Position numbers and translations under genes: made by a program
Assembly: GCF_964355755.1 (NCBI RefSeq)
Contig: NC_092678.1
Coordinates: 9,316,422 to 9,380,421 of the forward strand
Direction of reading: 5' to 3'
DNA: 64,000 bases
Origin: Antedon mediterranea
Taxonomy: Eukaryota > Animalia > Echinodermata
Notes under the pieces: generated by a model
Seen by the model: the letters and a program-made list of their open reading frames with translations, nothing else
Told to the model about the DNA's origin: nothing
Database searches by the model: none
Part shown: piece after piece, positions 46,533 through 59,879 of the stretch
Layout of the letters: each line of letters begins with the position of its first letter
Numbering within the stretch: the stretch's first letter is position 1

Positions 46533-49500
46533 ATGTCAGATACAGGAGCAGCTAACCCTGAGAGACGGGAAAGCAGAGGTGAAGAGCCGGATGATGCTCA
46601 TAAAAGAGAAAGAACTCGGACTGAAAAAGGAAGAGAATATAAGTTAGAGTTAAAAGAAAAAGAGTTTAACGGTTGCGTTAAACATGTCAAGAAAGCCATA
46701 GCAACTGTCCAACATTTGATTGCTCAGTCTGTGGATATTCATGTAATCCAAACGGAAATTGCAAAAATGGTCACAGTTACAGGAACGCTTGGTGACATTC
46801 AAGCAGATATGTATGAGGTATCGAGTGTAGAGAGACGAAAAGAATTGTATGATCGTTATGATTATTACGATAGGATCGTATTTGAAACCAGACAATCTGC
46901 AAATGTAAAATTCAAGGAGTTGTTAAGTATGGAAGAAGAGCAATTGTCAAGTAGAGCTAGCAGAGCAAGTAGACATTCTGTTCGTTCGACAGTTAGTTCT
47001 AGCAAGTCTTCTGTAAAACAAAGCAAATATGAGTTAGCAGAGGCTGGAGCAGCAATTAAAGTGGAATTTTCGTTTATGGAGAAAGAACGTCAAATAGAGG
47101 AGAAAAGACTACAACAGGAAAGATTGGCTAAAGAGTTAAAGTTACAGAAAGATTTGGCAAAAACATGGCGAAGATGAGCGTCTGTCTGAAAGCAGAAGAA
47201 GAAGATTATTTTTCTGTTGAGCAGGTAGTTGAAGGATTACCCGGAAAAGATAAACAACACGACATGAAACGATTTCTTAATGATGTGTATTCAAAGGTTG
47301 ATACTGGTAAAGATGTTCCGATCGTGGGTGTAGTTAGTGAACCACAATTACCTACTACAGAGATTGTTTTAGATCCTGTTGCCTCCATATATCAACGAGT
47401 TAATATGGAAAACCAAGACATGACTGTTGTTTCGTCTTTGACGCCTCATCCAATTTTATATGGTAGAAAGGTTACGCAACCAGTGTCTGTGAGCTTTGCC
47501 GTTTCTGACTATCCCATTGCGCCTACAAATGTAACAACACAGAGCCATTACAGCACAGTGGATCAATCTGTTATGTACACAACGCCTGCCTTATCGGACC
47601 GTCCAGTGTGTTGTTATCCAAATACCTTGCCACAATCGTTGGTCTCTTCTCACGTTCACGCTAACCCAGTTACATTGTTGTATGGAGTACCTGTATATGG
47701 TCAAGCAGCTGAGATGGTATCGACGAACAATGTTGTAAGTGAATCGCCAATATCAACAGCAAATTTAATGAAACAGATCGTTGATTCTATAAGGCTTCCG
47801 GCATTAAAAGTTTAGGTTTTTAGTGGTGATCCACCTAAGTACCCGATGTGGGAATCTTCTTTTAATGCTCTGATTGAATCAAAGGCAATTAATATTGACG
47901 AGAAGCTGAACTTGTTAAGTCAACATTTGGCTGGTGAGCCAAAGAATATGATCAACAACTACTACTATGGAATTGAAGGAACGATACGGTAATGACAGTG
48001 TCATTGCGAAAGCTTTTACAGACAAGCTCAATGCATGGCCAAATATCCGCGTACGTGATGCTTCCAGCTTGCAGAAATTCTCTGACTTTGTAAATGAAGT
48101 GAATGTTGCGATGCAGAGAATTCCGTATCTAAAAGTGTTGAATTTCCCACAAGAGAATGCGAAACTTGTTACAAAATTGTCATTATATATTGAAGCAAAG
48201 TGGCGTCATATTGTCCAAGAACAGCGGCCTATATTTCCAACGTTTACTAAATTTGCTAAATTCATCAAAACACAAGCACGTGAAGCAAACATACCTGCCT
48301 TTGACCAACGTTACAAGAGTGATGAAGTCAAAGGAACTACAAGGTCAAGACAACAAAGGATACAAAATGAGAATACTTCATCGTTGGCCACAGTAGCGAA
48401 CGATGAAACAAACCAAAGAAAAACTGTGAACTTTGATGGTAAAAAATGTCCGTTTTGTGAAGAGGCTCATCATGTTGACGAATGTGGAAAGTTCAAGAAT
48501 CTAATCCGGAAGGAGAGAAAAGAATTCTTGAGAAAAAATAGGTTATGTTATGGTTGTGGAATGACTGATCAACATCAATTAAACACATGTGAAAACAGAA
48601 TCAAATGTAAAACATGTTCTAACGAACACCTTACTAGCCTACACTTTGACAGGAGGCTAGTGCCTACCACTTCTCATCGTACTTTGGTAAACCGACAGAA
48701 TATTGATAATTCAATGGTGGTACCTGTATGGGTCCGAAAGAAAAATGATGTTTCGAATGAGATTCTTCAGTATTGTATTATGGATCCACAAAGCAATAGC
48801 AGTTTTATTTCAGATGATCTGTTTAATCAACTTCAAGTTTATGGGCATGCAACTCAACTCTCACTGTCTACGATGCTAGAAGCAAACGTGATGATACCTA
48901 GTAGGAAAATTCATGATTTGGAAGTGTTGAGTTTTGACAGAAAAGAAATGGTTCCTCTATCGAGTGTTTACAAGAGACCAGATTCCAATAGGAAGATCAC
49001 AAATACCCAGACAGCAAGATGCGAATAAATTCTCACATTTACAGCGCATTGCTAATCTGATTGTACCATACTTACCAGACGTAAAAGTTGGGATCCTTAT
49101 TGGTAACGATATACCCCGATGTTTATCATGCTATAGTAACTAAGTATATCAAAAAATGAAAAGGTCAAAAAATTGTCATTTTTCGAAATTTACCTTGTAC
49201 TCGAGCAATAAGACCACGTGAGATTGTGGCTGGAGATGAAAACGATCCTTATGGCCAACGTTCCATTCTGGGATGGGGAATAATTGGAAATGTTAGCAAA
49301 ACTTTCAAAAATTTATCTGATTCCCATAAGCAATCTTCTAGAAATCCAGGCTGCGTTGACACAGTCAAACATCCTAAAAACAGACTTACTCATGCTACCA
49401 AGGTGAAAGAAATAATCAGCATGCAACAGGTTAGGGAGATGTTTGAGATGGATTTTGTAGAGCATGTATCAACAAAAAAGGGATATTCTGTGGAAGATCA

Positions 49501-52500
49501 TAGATTTATTTCCATACTTTCCAGTAAAAATGTCAAGAGAAATGATGGTCATTATGAGATGCCATTGCCGATGTGTCGTGATGATGTACGATTTCCAAAC
49601 AATCGTTTAGCAGCCGTGAGACGGGCTTTGCAGCTTAAGAGAAAGTTTAAAAGAAATTCAACATTTAAAGAACACTATATAGCCTTTATGAATGGTATAC
49701 TTGCAGGCTATGCAGAAAAGGTACCTGAATCTGAGTACGGCATAACCGATGGTAGTGTTAATTACATACCGCATTCAGGCGTGTACCATCCAAAAAAAAA
49801 CAACGAATGAAATAAGAGTTGTGTTCGACTGTTCAGCGAAATACGAAGGCGTCTGTTTAAATGATTACCTACTTCAGGGTCCAGATTTAATGAATGGTCC
49901 GATTGGTATTCTATGTCGGTTCCGGAAAGAAGAGGTTGCCATCATGGCCGATATAAAAGGGATGTTCCATCAATTTTATGTAACTCCCAAAGATCGAGAC
50001 AAACTACGGTTCTTGTGGTGGGATGGTAGTGACTTTGAACAAAACATTGTGAAATATCGTATGAAAGTTCATTTGTTTGGTGCTAAAAGCTCTCCCGGGT
50101 GTGCAAACTTTGGCTTGAAGCGAGCTGCCGACGACGGAGAAGGAACGTTTGGTGAAATTGCAGCCAATTTCATTTGAGATGACTTTTATGTAGACGACGG
50201 TTTAAAGTCACTGCCTACTATTCAGCAGGCTATCGAACTTGTCAAGAGCAGCACGGAACTTTGTGCATCAGCTGGCTTGGTGCTACACAAATGGATGTCA
50301 AATAAAAGAGCTGTTCCAGAAGCAATTCCTGAAGAGCAAAGAGCTAAGGGTCTGAAGACGTTAGACATCAAGACCGATCCGCTACCAATTGAACGTGCAT
50401 TGGGTGTCACTTGGTGCGTGGAAGCAGATACTTTTCAATTTCGAATAGTATTGAAAGATTGTCCTTTGAGTCGAAGAGGCGTTTTATCAACAATTAGCTC
50501 CATATACGATCCACTAGGATTCGCAGCACCTGTTGTCCTCGAAAGAAAGATTATTCTTCAAGAGATGTGCAGAGAAAATGTTGGATGGGATGAACCAATA
50601 CCTTCGTATCTATACTCAAAATGGGAAAAGTGGAGGAAAGAAATCGTTGCGCTTGAGCAATTAAAGATCCAACGTTGTTACAAAACAAGTGATTTTGGAG
50701 AAATCCACTTCGCTTCACTACTTCTCCGATGCGAGTGAGTTTGCGTATGGACAGTGCACATATCTAAGAATAATCAACCGGAATAACAGATGTGCTTGCT
50801 CATTAGTAATTGCGAAAGCCAGAGTTAAGAAGGGTGTACACAATTCCACGTCTTGAATTATCTGCTGCAGTTATCTCAGCTAGAATGAGCAAATTCGTCA
50901 AAGAAGAATTAAACTACGACCATCATAAAGTGAACGAATTCTTCTGGACTGATAGTCAAGTCGTGTTAGGATATATTAACAACGAGGCTAAACGATTCCA
51001 TGTGTTTGTTGCTAACAGAATTCAGCAGATTCACGAATTCAGCTCACGTAGTGATTGGTATTACGTAAACTCCTCATCTAATCCTAGTGATATTGCCAGT
51101 CGTGGAGTCAGTGCCAAGAAATTAATGGAAACTCCTAGTTGGTTTAACGGTCCAGAATTATTTAATCAGGATGGTCCTTTTTAAAACGTGCAAGTGCCTT
51201 TCACTTCAGATGATACAGTTCAAACTGAGATTGTGAATGAAATGAAGAAAGCCACTGTGTTTACTTTGGTGAATAGTGAGATGGATGTGCATCAGTCAAT
51301 TATTACACGATTTGAGCGATTCTCTAGTTGGTTCCAACTCAGACGAGCTATTGCAAATTGTCAACGCCTGAAAGGGTATCTGTTAGCATCTTCTCGTACA
51401 AATGGAAAATGTATACCGCCGATGTCTGTAGCAGACCTCAAAGATAGCGAACGATTCATTTGTAAGTGTACACAGGCGGAGTACTTTAAATCAGAAATTG
51501 AAATTCTCCGAAAAGTTAAGCAATCTGGTGAGATTACCGAACGAAATTTGGCACGAATGAGGAAGGTTACTCTAAAACGGACAAGTTGCATGTATAAATT
51601 AGACCCCTTTCTAGATGAGAATGGCATCCTTCGAGTAGGTGGTAGAATCCGGAATGCAATGTTGCCTTTAGATGTCACTAATCCCGTAATCTTGCCAAAG
51701 AAGTGCAAGGTTACTGATCTCATAATACAACATTATCATCAAGAGATTAACCATATGGGTCGGAGCACTACACATAACCGCATTCGCCAGAGTGGATACT
51801 GGATAATTGGAGCATCGTCTGCAGTTTCAACAATTATTCACGGATGTGTAACGTGTCGTAGGCTAAGGGGTGGACTGCAAACACAGAAGATGGCAGATTT
51901 ACCAAAGGATCGTCTGGAAAACCATCCACCTTTTAACTACTGCGCTGTAGATATTTTTGGACCGTTCTATATTCGAGAAAGAAGAAGTCGATTGAAGCGA
52001 TATGGGGTGGTGTTTACATGCATGTATTCAAGGGCAGTTAATACTCTTGAAACAGATTCGTTCTTGAACGCCCTTCGACGGTTTTTAAGTATCCGTGGTC
52101 CTTGTAGGCAGATAAGATCCGATCGTGGTACAAACTTGGAGGGTGCGAGAAATGAATTGAAAAAGGGAATTCAAGAGATGGATGAAACTAAGTTAAACGC
52201 ATTTCTTCTGAAGCAGAATTGCGATTGGATTGAGTTCAAGTTTAACGTTCCTTCTGCCAGTCACATGGGCGGAGTTTGGGAACGACAGATCCGTACTGTA
52301 CGAAGTGCGTTGGCGCTACTATTAACGCAATCTGGTGATCATCTAGATGATGAGTCATTCCGTACTTTTCTATCGGAAGCACAAAATATCGTGAATTCAA
52401 GGCCACTGACAACTAATTTGCCAGAAGTTCAAGTACCAGAACCTCTAACACCTAACCATCTGTTAACGATGAAGGCCAACGTTGTACTTCCACCGCCTGG

Positions 52501-52876
52501 TAATTTTCAAGGAAAAGATTTATATAGCAGGAAAAGATGGCGCAGAGTGCAGTATCTGGCTAACGAATTCTGGCATCGCTGGAAGAAAGAATATCTGCAA
52601 ACGCTTCAACCTAAAAGGAAATGGTGTGATAAGAAAAGAAACATGAAAGTCGGTGACGTTGTGATCGTCAAAGATGAAAGTCTACCTCGCAACGCTTGGA
52701 GGGTTGGAAAAGTCTCAGATGTATATACAAGTGAGGATGGTCTTGTACGAAAAGTCAAGCTAACGATGGCATCTAGGGACCTAGATAATCGTGGAAAAAG
52801 AAGTCAACCACTTTCTACATTGGAGAGACCAATACATAAATTAGTTCTGCTAATGCCAACAGATATAAGTAATTAA
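46533..52876 (+). pseudogene. BEL/Pao gag-pol polyprotein, fragmented by frameshifts and stops
   Basis: Triple Cys-His Gag (CPFC..H..C, CYGC..H..C, CKTC..H..H), protease [25 protein letters not shown], Pao RNase H TIPRLEL/WTDS/NPSD, integrase in the intact 51188-52876 frame. Confidence 0.92.
51188..52876 (+). CDS. BEL/Pao integrase-containing ORF fragment
   Basis: HYH..HMG..CVTC, VDIFGP, SDRGTN, GGVWER, LTPNHLL, RPIHKLV. Confidence 0.85.
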   Translation: MQVPFTSDDTVQTEIVNEMKKATVFTLVNSEMDVHQSIITRFERFSSWFQLRRAIANCQRLKGYLLASSRTNGKCIPPMSVADLKDSERFICKCTQAEYFKSEIEILRKVKQSGEITERNLARMRKVTLKRTSCMYKLDPFLDENGILRVGGRIRNAMLPLDVTNPVILPKKCKVTDLIIQHYHQEINHMGRSTTHNRIRQSGYWIIGASSAVSTIIHGCVTCRRLRGGLQTQKMADLPKDRLENHPPFNYCAVDIFGPFYIRERRSRLKRYGVVFTCMYSRAVNTLETDSFLNALRRFLSIRGPCRQIRSDRGTNLEGARNELKKGIQEMDETKLNAFLLKQNCDWIEFKFNVPSASHMGGVWERQIRTVRSALALLLTQSGDHLDDESFRTFLSEAQNIVNSRPLTTNLPEVQVPEPLTPNHLLTMKANVVLPPPGNFQGKDLYSRKRWRRVQYLANEFWHRWKKEYLQTLQPKRKWCDKKRNMKVGDVVIVKDESLPRNAWRVGKVSDVYTSEDGLVRKVKLTMASRDLDNRGKRSQPLSTLERPIHKLVLLMPTDISN

Positions 52877-53108
52877 TTAATATCTGAAAAGTAAAAGGAA
52901 AAAATGAAGACACTTAGAAAATAAATCAAACTAAAAGTAGAAATGATTAGTGAAAGAAGTACGTTTTATTTTACGAAAATATTTACAATATTTATGAAAA
53001 AGTTTAGTATTATTGTAATCAATTCCCCGTCAAGGAGCCACTATTGTTGTGTATGCAAAGCAAAAGTGATGATACAGTCGGTTCATAATTTATCTTTGCA
53101 GGGAGCCA

Positions 53109-53583
53109 TGTTATGTATGTGCATCGCACCTTGATACCTTGATATGTAAATTAGGCTAGTCACGATTTGTTGTAGTCACTGTTCATTGTATGAGAGCGGT
53201 GCACTATAGGCGATACGTTGTATTAACGTTGTTGTACACCTTCAATGCTCCGTGTGGAGACATAATCATAGATAAGTGAGCCCTAGTATCAGGTATTTAC
53301 ATTATATAATTTGTATTTATTATTTACTGATGAATTAGTTAGGTTTGATAGACATAATGATGATAGTATGCCCACGTTAACGGCGAATTATGTGTGATAA
53401 GCCGTAGTATACATCAGGTACGTGCTTAATGGCGCCGTTTCAATTGTTTCTCTGTTTGTTTTGTTTTAGTTTACCGGATGATCGGATGAGTAGAAATAAA
53501 GTGAGCAAGTATATCTCAAGAAAGAGAAGCTATTCTTCTGTGGTTTTGTCCGCGTTTAAACTGCGGGGGTTCCATGCAGAACA
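53109..53583 (+). repeat. BEL/Pao 3' LTR
   Basis: Preceded by GCAGGGAGCCA. Confidence 0.95.
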
Positions 53584-53588
53584 GTCGT

Positions 53589-54980
53589 GGTTTACGACAA
53601 GGATGCCCTCTATCACCATACCTGTTTATTCTATGTGCGGAAATCCTAGGCAATGCAGTCCGTCAAACAGAAAAAATAGAAGGTATATCCTATAATAACG
53701 TAAACATTAAATTAAGTCAATTTGCTGACGACACGGTATTCTATATAAACGATTCCAATTCAATCAAGCCCACTTTAGACTTTATCCTCCTCAGGGCTTA
53801 AGATAAATTATGAAAAAAGTAATATAATGAGACTGGTCTCATTAAAAAATTCGGATTATAAAATTCCCACCAAACAAAACATAATATGGAATAACGAACC
53901 CATACGATACCTTGGTATAAATTTTTTTAAAGTAATTTAGATAATATATTTGATTTAAATTGTCCACAAAAATCTAAAGATATCGATAAAATACTAAACA
54001 TGTGGAGAAAAAGATCCCTAACCTTATTTGGCAAAATTACTATAATAAAAACACTGGTTCTGCCTATTTTAACGTATCACTTTTCAAACTTACCGGACCC
54101 ACCAAATCACTTCTTCAATAATATACAAAGTAAGATGTTTAATTTTTTATGGAACGGAAAACCTGATAAGATAAAGAGGAAAATCATGACCAACGAATTA
54201 GAAAAGGCAGGGTTGAAGATGCTACATTTTCAAAGTTACTGTCAAGCTCTAAAAGCATGTTGGGTTAAAAGATATCTAGGAAAAAACGATTGTAAATGGA
54301 ATTTTTTTTTTCAAAGCGACCTACATAAATTTGGAAACGACTTTATTTTTTATAGTAACTTTTCAAAATCTTCCGCGATTCTTAAACAGTTCAATGGTTT
54401 TAATAAGGACGTTCTATTAGCTTGGAGCGAGTATAGTTTCAAAGAACCGAGCTGTTTAAGAAATCTTATCACAATCCTTATGGAATAACTCTTATTTTGA
54501 AATCAAGGAATTCATAGCAACCGAATTCCTAACTTAGAAGAATTCGAAGAACGATTCAATTTTAAACCAAATTTTTTATTTTACCATCAAATTGTACACT
54601 CGATTCCAAGGCACTGGAAGCAAATAATATTTGAGAATATCGATACAAACCCATCAAATTTAATAATCGAAAATTCTAAAATAAATAATTTGATGAAAAC
54701 AAAAAGAAGCTGTAAACACTTGTATTCTCATTTCGTTAAAAAAATATGCAACAGTACCAGATAGAATCGAGTCCAGATGGGAAAATGATGAAATTCACAA
54801 CTTTGCATAAATACACAATCAATACGAAACTTAAAAAACTTTCAATATAAATTTATTCACCGTATCATTTATACTAACTCTTTTCTACATAAGATATCAA
54901 TTGTTGAATCACCAATTTGTGAATTTTGTTTAGAAAAAGAACAAACTTTAATACACATGTTCGTGGAATGCAAAGTAATT
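53589..54980 (+). pseudogene. L1/Tx1 ORF2 3' part: RT core and C-terminal zinc knuckle
   Basis: GLRQGCPLSPYLF, QFADD, RYLGI, LTLFGKITIIK, CEFC...HMFVEC. Confidence 0.88.
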
Positions 54981-55009
54981 TATATCATAACAGTTTAAAA
55001 GAAAAGTGA

Positions 55010-57097
55010 CTTTAGATAAAGAAAGGATAGGTTTTGGTATTTAAAAAATATTTTTTTAAATAAAAGTATACAATAACTTCCAAAGTGGTGTTTTTATATC
55101 AACGAGGTTTTGTTGATAGTCAGTAGATTTTTCAACAATAATCACGAAAAAAAAGTGGAGTAAATTTTGTTCATAGGTTTTGTGTTGCCAGGAAAATACG
55201 GAAAATACAAAAAAATACAAACAAAATATTAACAAATAAAACACATGAAACAAAATTTAAATATGGCTAATCCAATAATAAAATATATATTTGGCTTGTC
55301 ATAATGCTACTAGAGTCATACGAATAGTTTAGATAAAATAGGAGAATGTGTTGCCAGGTTTATTTCAATTAATTGCCAGAAAAACAGTATTTTTCATTGA
55401 AATATTTAGTTGATGGAAAATAATGTTAAACTTTGAAATAATTACGTCGAGGTTTTTATAAATTTTTTCATCTATTTTGTGTAAAAAGATACAGAAAGAC
55501 ATCCAAAAAAAAATCTAACCTATTAAATAGGTCATTTGAGGTCAAAAGGGGTCAGAATGCAAAACAGGTACAGCTCCCCACTTTACTACAACTATTAATG
55601 TTTTATCAAAATTTACAAGATAGTTCATCATAAGAATTCTCAACAATTTTCTAACGCAACGCGCCTCTCAATTTTCCAGCTAATTGTATTATCATTTATA
55701 ATCAGGTGGTTTAGTATTTTTTTTAGCATTTTCAGACAAATTTTAAAAGCTTTTATCATATGAAAAATGGTCGGTCAAAATCTAAATAATATCTCAATAT
55801 TAGTTACCATAGTATTTGTTGCTATGCACAACTAAGGGAAATTAAATAATTATCAGATAATTATTAATTAATAATTACTACTGAATCCAACCATCACAGT
55901 AAAAAAAATATAGAATTTAAAACCAATATTTAGTATAGTGCGATATTTTACATGCTGACCTTAAATGAAATTAAATTTCACATCAGGGCTTCAATATTTG
56001 TTATGTAGCATTAACATACGCCTGAGTATCTCATTGACTTTTGATTTTTTCAATTTTGAGGAGGGGAAAGTGGTGGATCCAAGAGTTTGAAATAGTTAGA
56101 GGTTGGAGGCGAGGGTCTAAAAACTTAACTTTATGTCCTATCTTTTGCATTGCATTTTTTAATGGATGGAGGAGTTTAAATCCGTCTATTGGTTGGGGCA
56201 ATGGTAGCGACAGTGTTGGTGGTACTTGTCTGCATGAATTTGCGTATAGAAGCATATAGAAGAAGTAAAAAAATGAACGAGGAGCTTCAAAATAAGAGAG
56301 GAGTTATCTGTTGCAGAGATTAAAATTCAGAACGATCTGATAATTTATTCAAATTTCTAGAGGATATAACCTATAAAATGACATTAAAACTGGGAATTAC
56401 AGAATCTATAATTAAAAATATTAGTTTTTTTCTCACAACACAACTAGAACTATATAAAACATTAAGAATTATTCTGACCAATGAGTTTCAAATCAGATAA
56501 TCAAAGAAAATAAAATGTTTTTACTAATATACCATGTTTTTTTTTTATAAAAATGTTTCTCGCAACACTGCTTGTAGATTTTTAAATTACCCCAGTATTT
56601 TATTTCAGAAATCACTTATTAAACATTCGAACTACATATTTGTAATAAATCAGCTAAAAAAATATACCACTTTGGGCGTTATGGTGAAGTAAAGTTTAGC
56701 TGCTTTTAACAATTTAAAAAAACTGAAAAACACCTTTTTTTAAATAAATGGTATCTCCCAAAGTATAAAATCAAAATATTAAAAAAAAATATGAAACAGG
56801 TACACATTGCATTGTTATTATGCATACACTAATTATTTTTTATAATTAAATGAACAAAATAAAAATATTGTTCATCAAAGTTGTGCCAATATCCATTTTA
56901 AAAAACCTTAAAAAAGGACAAAATTTGTCAAAAACACAAAATTGGCCGTAGCCATGGAAATATATATGTGAAATAAAAAATACTTCATATTTGATTTCTT
57001 TCAACACATATGTAGCCATGTGCAAAATTTGAAAGAAATCCATTTTTTTAGTCTGCCACTCTTTTTGATATTTCTTTGATTCTTACAGACAATGGCT
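55010..57097. mobile_element. AT-rich DNA-transposon fragment interrupting the L1 3' end; right end ...GGCTC|TTAA (Sola3-like)
   Basis: L1 coding resumes right after TTAA at ~57098-57101 (LILIAKLYIYNCK); degenerate long inverted blocks; left terminus not found. Confidence 0.45.
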
Positions 57098-57433
57098 CTT
57101 AATAGCTTAATACTGATTGCAAAATTGTATATTTATAACTGCAAAATTAACGAACAAAAACCTCACATTAATCACTTCAAATCGGTATATGAGAGGTATA
57201 AAGAAATTGAAAAGTACATTGTTTTTAAAAATAGTTAGACTTTCATTTCGCATCATTCTTTTTTTTTGGTTTAAATGAAATCTGTTTTGATATTTATGTA
57301 TATAGCCATATATGTTTTGTAACTTGAAAGGGTTACTTTATTATTATTTTGTATTTGTAAGGTAACTAAGTTAAGTAATGTATACTGTTTTTATGAAATA
57401 CAGAAAATAAAATAATAATAATAAAAAAGAGAT

Positions 57434-58278
57434 ATGGATAAAAGAGTTAGAGATACAAGGTGCCAGACCAGATCCGGAGACTATCCGAGTTCCGTTCGAT
57501 GCGACAAAAGTGGTGCGAAAAGAACAATAAATTTGCATGATACGACTGTTTTGGCTGATGAGTACAAACTTGCGCATACAAGCATATCTGCCGTTCTTGA
57601 TCGATTCCGAATTATGTTCTCCGATGTAGAATCCACAACACCTATCAAGCAGCATCCTTATCGAGTTAATCGTCTAAAGCATGAACAGATAAAGAAAGAA
57701 ATCGAATATATGTTAAATAACAATATAATAGAGCGCAGCACCAGTGAGTTGTCCTCTCCGGGGTTTTTAGTTCCAAAACCGGACGGGACGTGGAAATTCT
57801 GCACCGATTTCCGAAAAGTCAATTCGGTTAGCAAGTCCGACAGTTTTACAATCCCTCGCCTCGATGACTGCATAGATCGCGTCGGCAGCGGCAAATTTAT
57901 TACTAAATTCGACTTGTTGAAGGGGTATTGGCAAGTGCCACTCTCTTATAGGGCAAAAGACATATGCGCGTTTGCGACACCGGACGGCCTGTATCACTAT
58001 AACGATATGCCTTTTGGGGTCAAACGCCCTTGCGAAATTCCAAAGAATGAACGATTTGGTTTCGCGCATAGAGGGATGTTAGTCATACATTGATGACGTT
58101 ATCATAGAAAGTAACGACTGGTCCACCCATATTTTTCGCATTATTTTATTTTTCCGAAAGTATTCTGAAACGGGTGTAACCATTAATCTAAGCAAGTGTG
58201 AGTTTGCAAAAGTCAAGAGCATAATTAATATGCCTGCACCTACGAATAAAAAGGTGTTATGAGGTTCTTGGGAATGTG
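57434..58278 (+). pseudogene. pol: Gypsy (Gmr1-like) RT fragment from a different family, no LTRs
   Basis: PIKQHPYR, FCTDFRKVN, FDLLKGYWQVP, MPFG, then after a frameshift YIDD and RFLGM. Confidence 0.88.
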
Positions 58279-58289
58279 CGTGTTGTTGT

Positions 58290-58546
58290 TTCCTCTCTCT
58301 CTCTCCTCTCTCTTTCCTCTCTCTCTCCTCTCTCTTTCCTCTCTCTTTCCTCTCTCTCTCCTCTCTCTTTCCTCTCTCTTTCCTCTCTCTCTTTCCTCTC
58401 TCTTTACTCTCTCTCTTTCCTCTCTCTCTTTCCTCTCTCTTTCCTCTCTCTCTTTCCTCTATCTTTCCTCTCTCTCTTTCCTCTCTCTTTCCTCTCTCTC
58501 TTTCCTCTCTCTTTCCTCTCTCTTTCCTCTCTCTCTTTCCTCTCTC

Positions 58547-58590
<44 letters not shown>

Positions 58591-58664
58591 AGCATATCTC
58601 TCTATAGCATATCTCTCTCTCGCTGATCTATCTCTTTCGCTGATATCTCTCTCTCTCTCGCTGA

Positions 58665-58746
<82 letters not shown>

Positions 58747-58777
58747 ATCTCATTCTCTCTCGCGCTGGTCTCTCTCG
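58290..58777. repeat. CT-rich compound microsatellite
   Basis: (CT)n with TTCC and CGCTGAT interruptions. Confidence 0.97.
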
Positions 58778-59838
58778 CGTGAGAGAGAAAAATCAGAGAG
58801 AGAGATCAACGAGAGAGAGAGAGAGAGAGAGAGTGAGAGATCAGGGAGAAAGATCAGCGAGAGAGAGATCAGCGAAAGAGATCATCGAGAGAGAGATAGA
58901 TAGAGAGAGAGAGAGAGAGATCTGAGAGAGAGAGAGGGATCAGCAAGAGAGAGATCTGCAAATGAGAGAGATCAGCAAGAGAAAGATCAGTGGGAAAGAG
59001 ATCAGTGAGAGAGAGAGAGATCTCAGCGAGAGAGAGATAGATCAGTGAGAGAGAGAGAAAACCGAGAGTGAGAGAGATAAGCGAGAGAGAGATAAGCGAG
59101 AAAGAGATCAGCAAGAGAGAGAGATCAGCGAGAGAGAGATCAGAGAGAGAGGGAGATTTCAACGAGAAAGATCAGCGACAGAGAGAGAGAGAGAGATCAG
59201 AGAGAAAGATCAGCGAGAGAGAGAAAGATCAGCGAGAGGGAGATCAGCGAGATAGAGAGACAGATCTGCGAGATAGAGAGAGAAATCAGCAAGAGAGAGA
59301 TCTGCAAATGAGAGAGATCAGCGAGAGAGATATAGATAGATCAGCGAGAGAGATATAGATAGATCAGCGAGAGAGATATAGATAGATCAGCGAGAGAGAT
59401 ATAGATAGATCAGCGACAGAAATATAGATAGATCAGCGACAGAGATATAGATAGATCAGTGACAGATATATAGATAGATCAGCGACAGAGATATAGATAG
59501 ATCAGCGACAGCGAGAGAGACAGATCAGCGACAGAGAGACAGATCAGCGACAGAGAGACAGGTCAGCGACAGAGAGACAGGTCAGCGAGAGAGAGACAGG
59601 TCAGCGACAGAGAGACAGGTCAGCGAGAGAGAGAGATAGTCAGCGAGAGAGAGATAGATCAGCGAGAGAGAGAGATTGATCAGCGAGAGAGATAGATCAG
59701 CGAGAGAGATATTGATCAGCGAGAGAGAGATAGATCAGCGAGAGAGAGATAGATCAGCGAGAGAGAGAGATAGATCAGAGAGAGAGAGATAGATCAACGA
59801 GAGAGAGAGAGATAGATCAGCGCGAGAGATTAAATAGA

Positions 59839-59879
<41 letters not shown>

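Larger units (their letters stand above)
46002..53583 (+). mobile_element. Full-length BEL/Pao LTR retrotransposon with 5-bp TSD GTCGT, coding region decayed
   Basis: 475-bp LTRs 46002-46476 and 53109-53583 (3 differences seen), TG...CA; GTCGT at 45997-46001 and 53584-53588. Confidence 0.95.
41803..57428 (+). mobile_element. Decayed near-full-length L1/Tx1-clade LINE interrupted by three insertions
   Basis: ORF1 remnant, then ORF2 EN-RT-Zn pieces that rejoin across the insertions (LLK|NWRPISLL; FSLSR|GLRQGCPLSP), and an A-rich tail at ~57405-57428. Confidence 0.85.
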
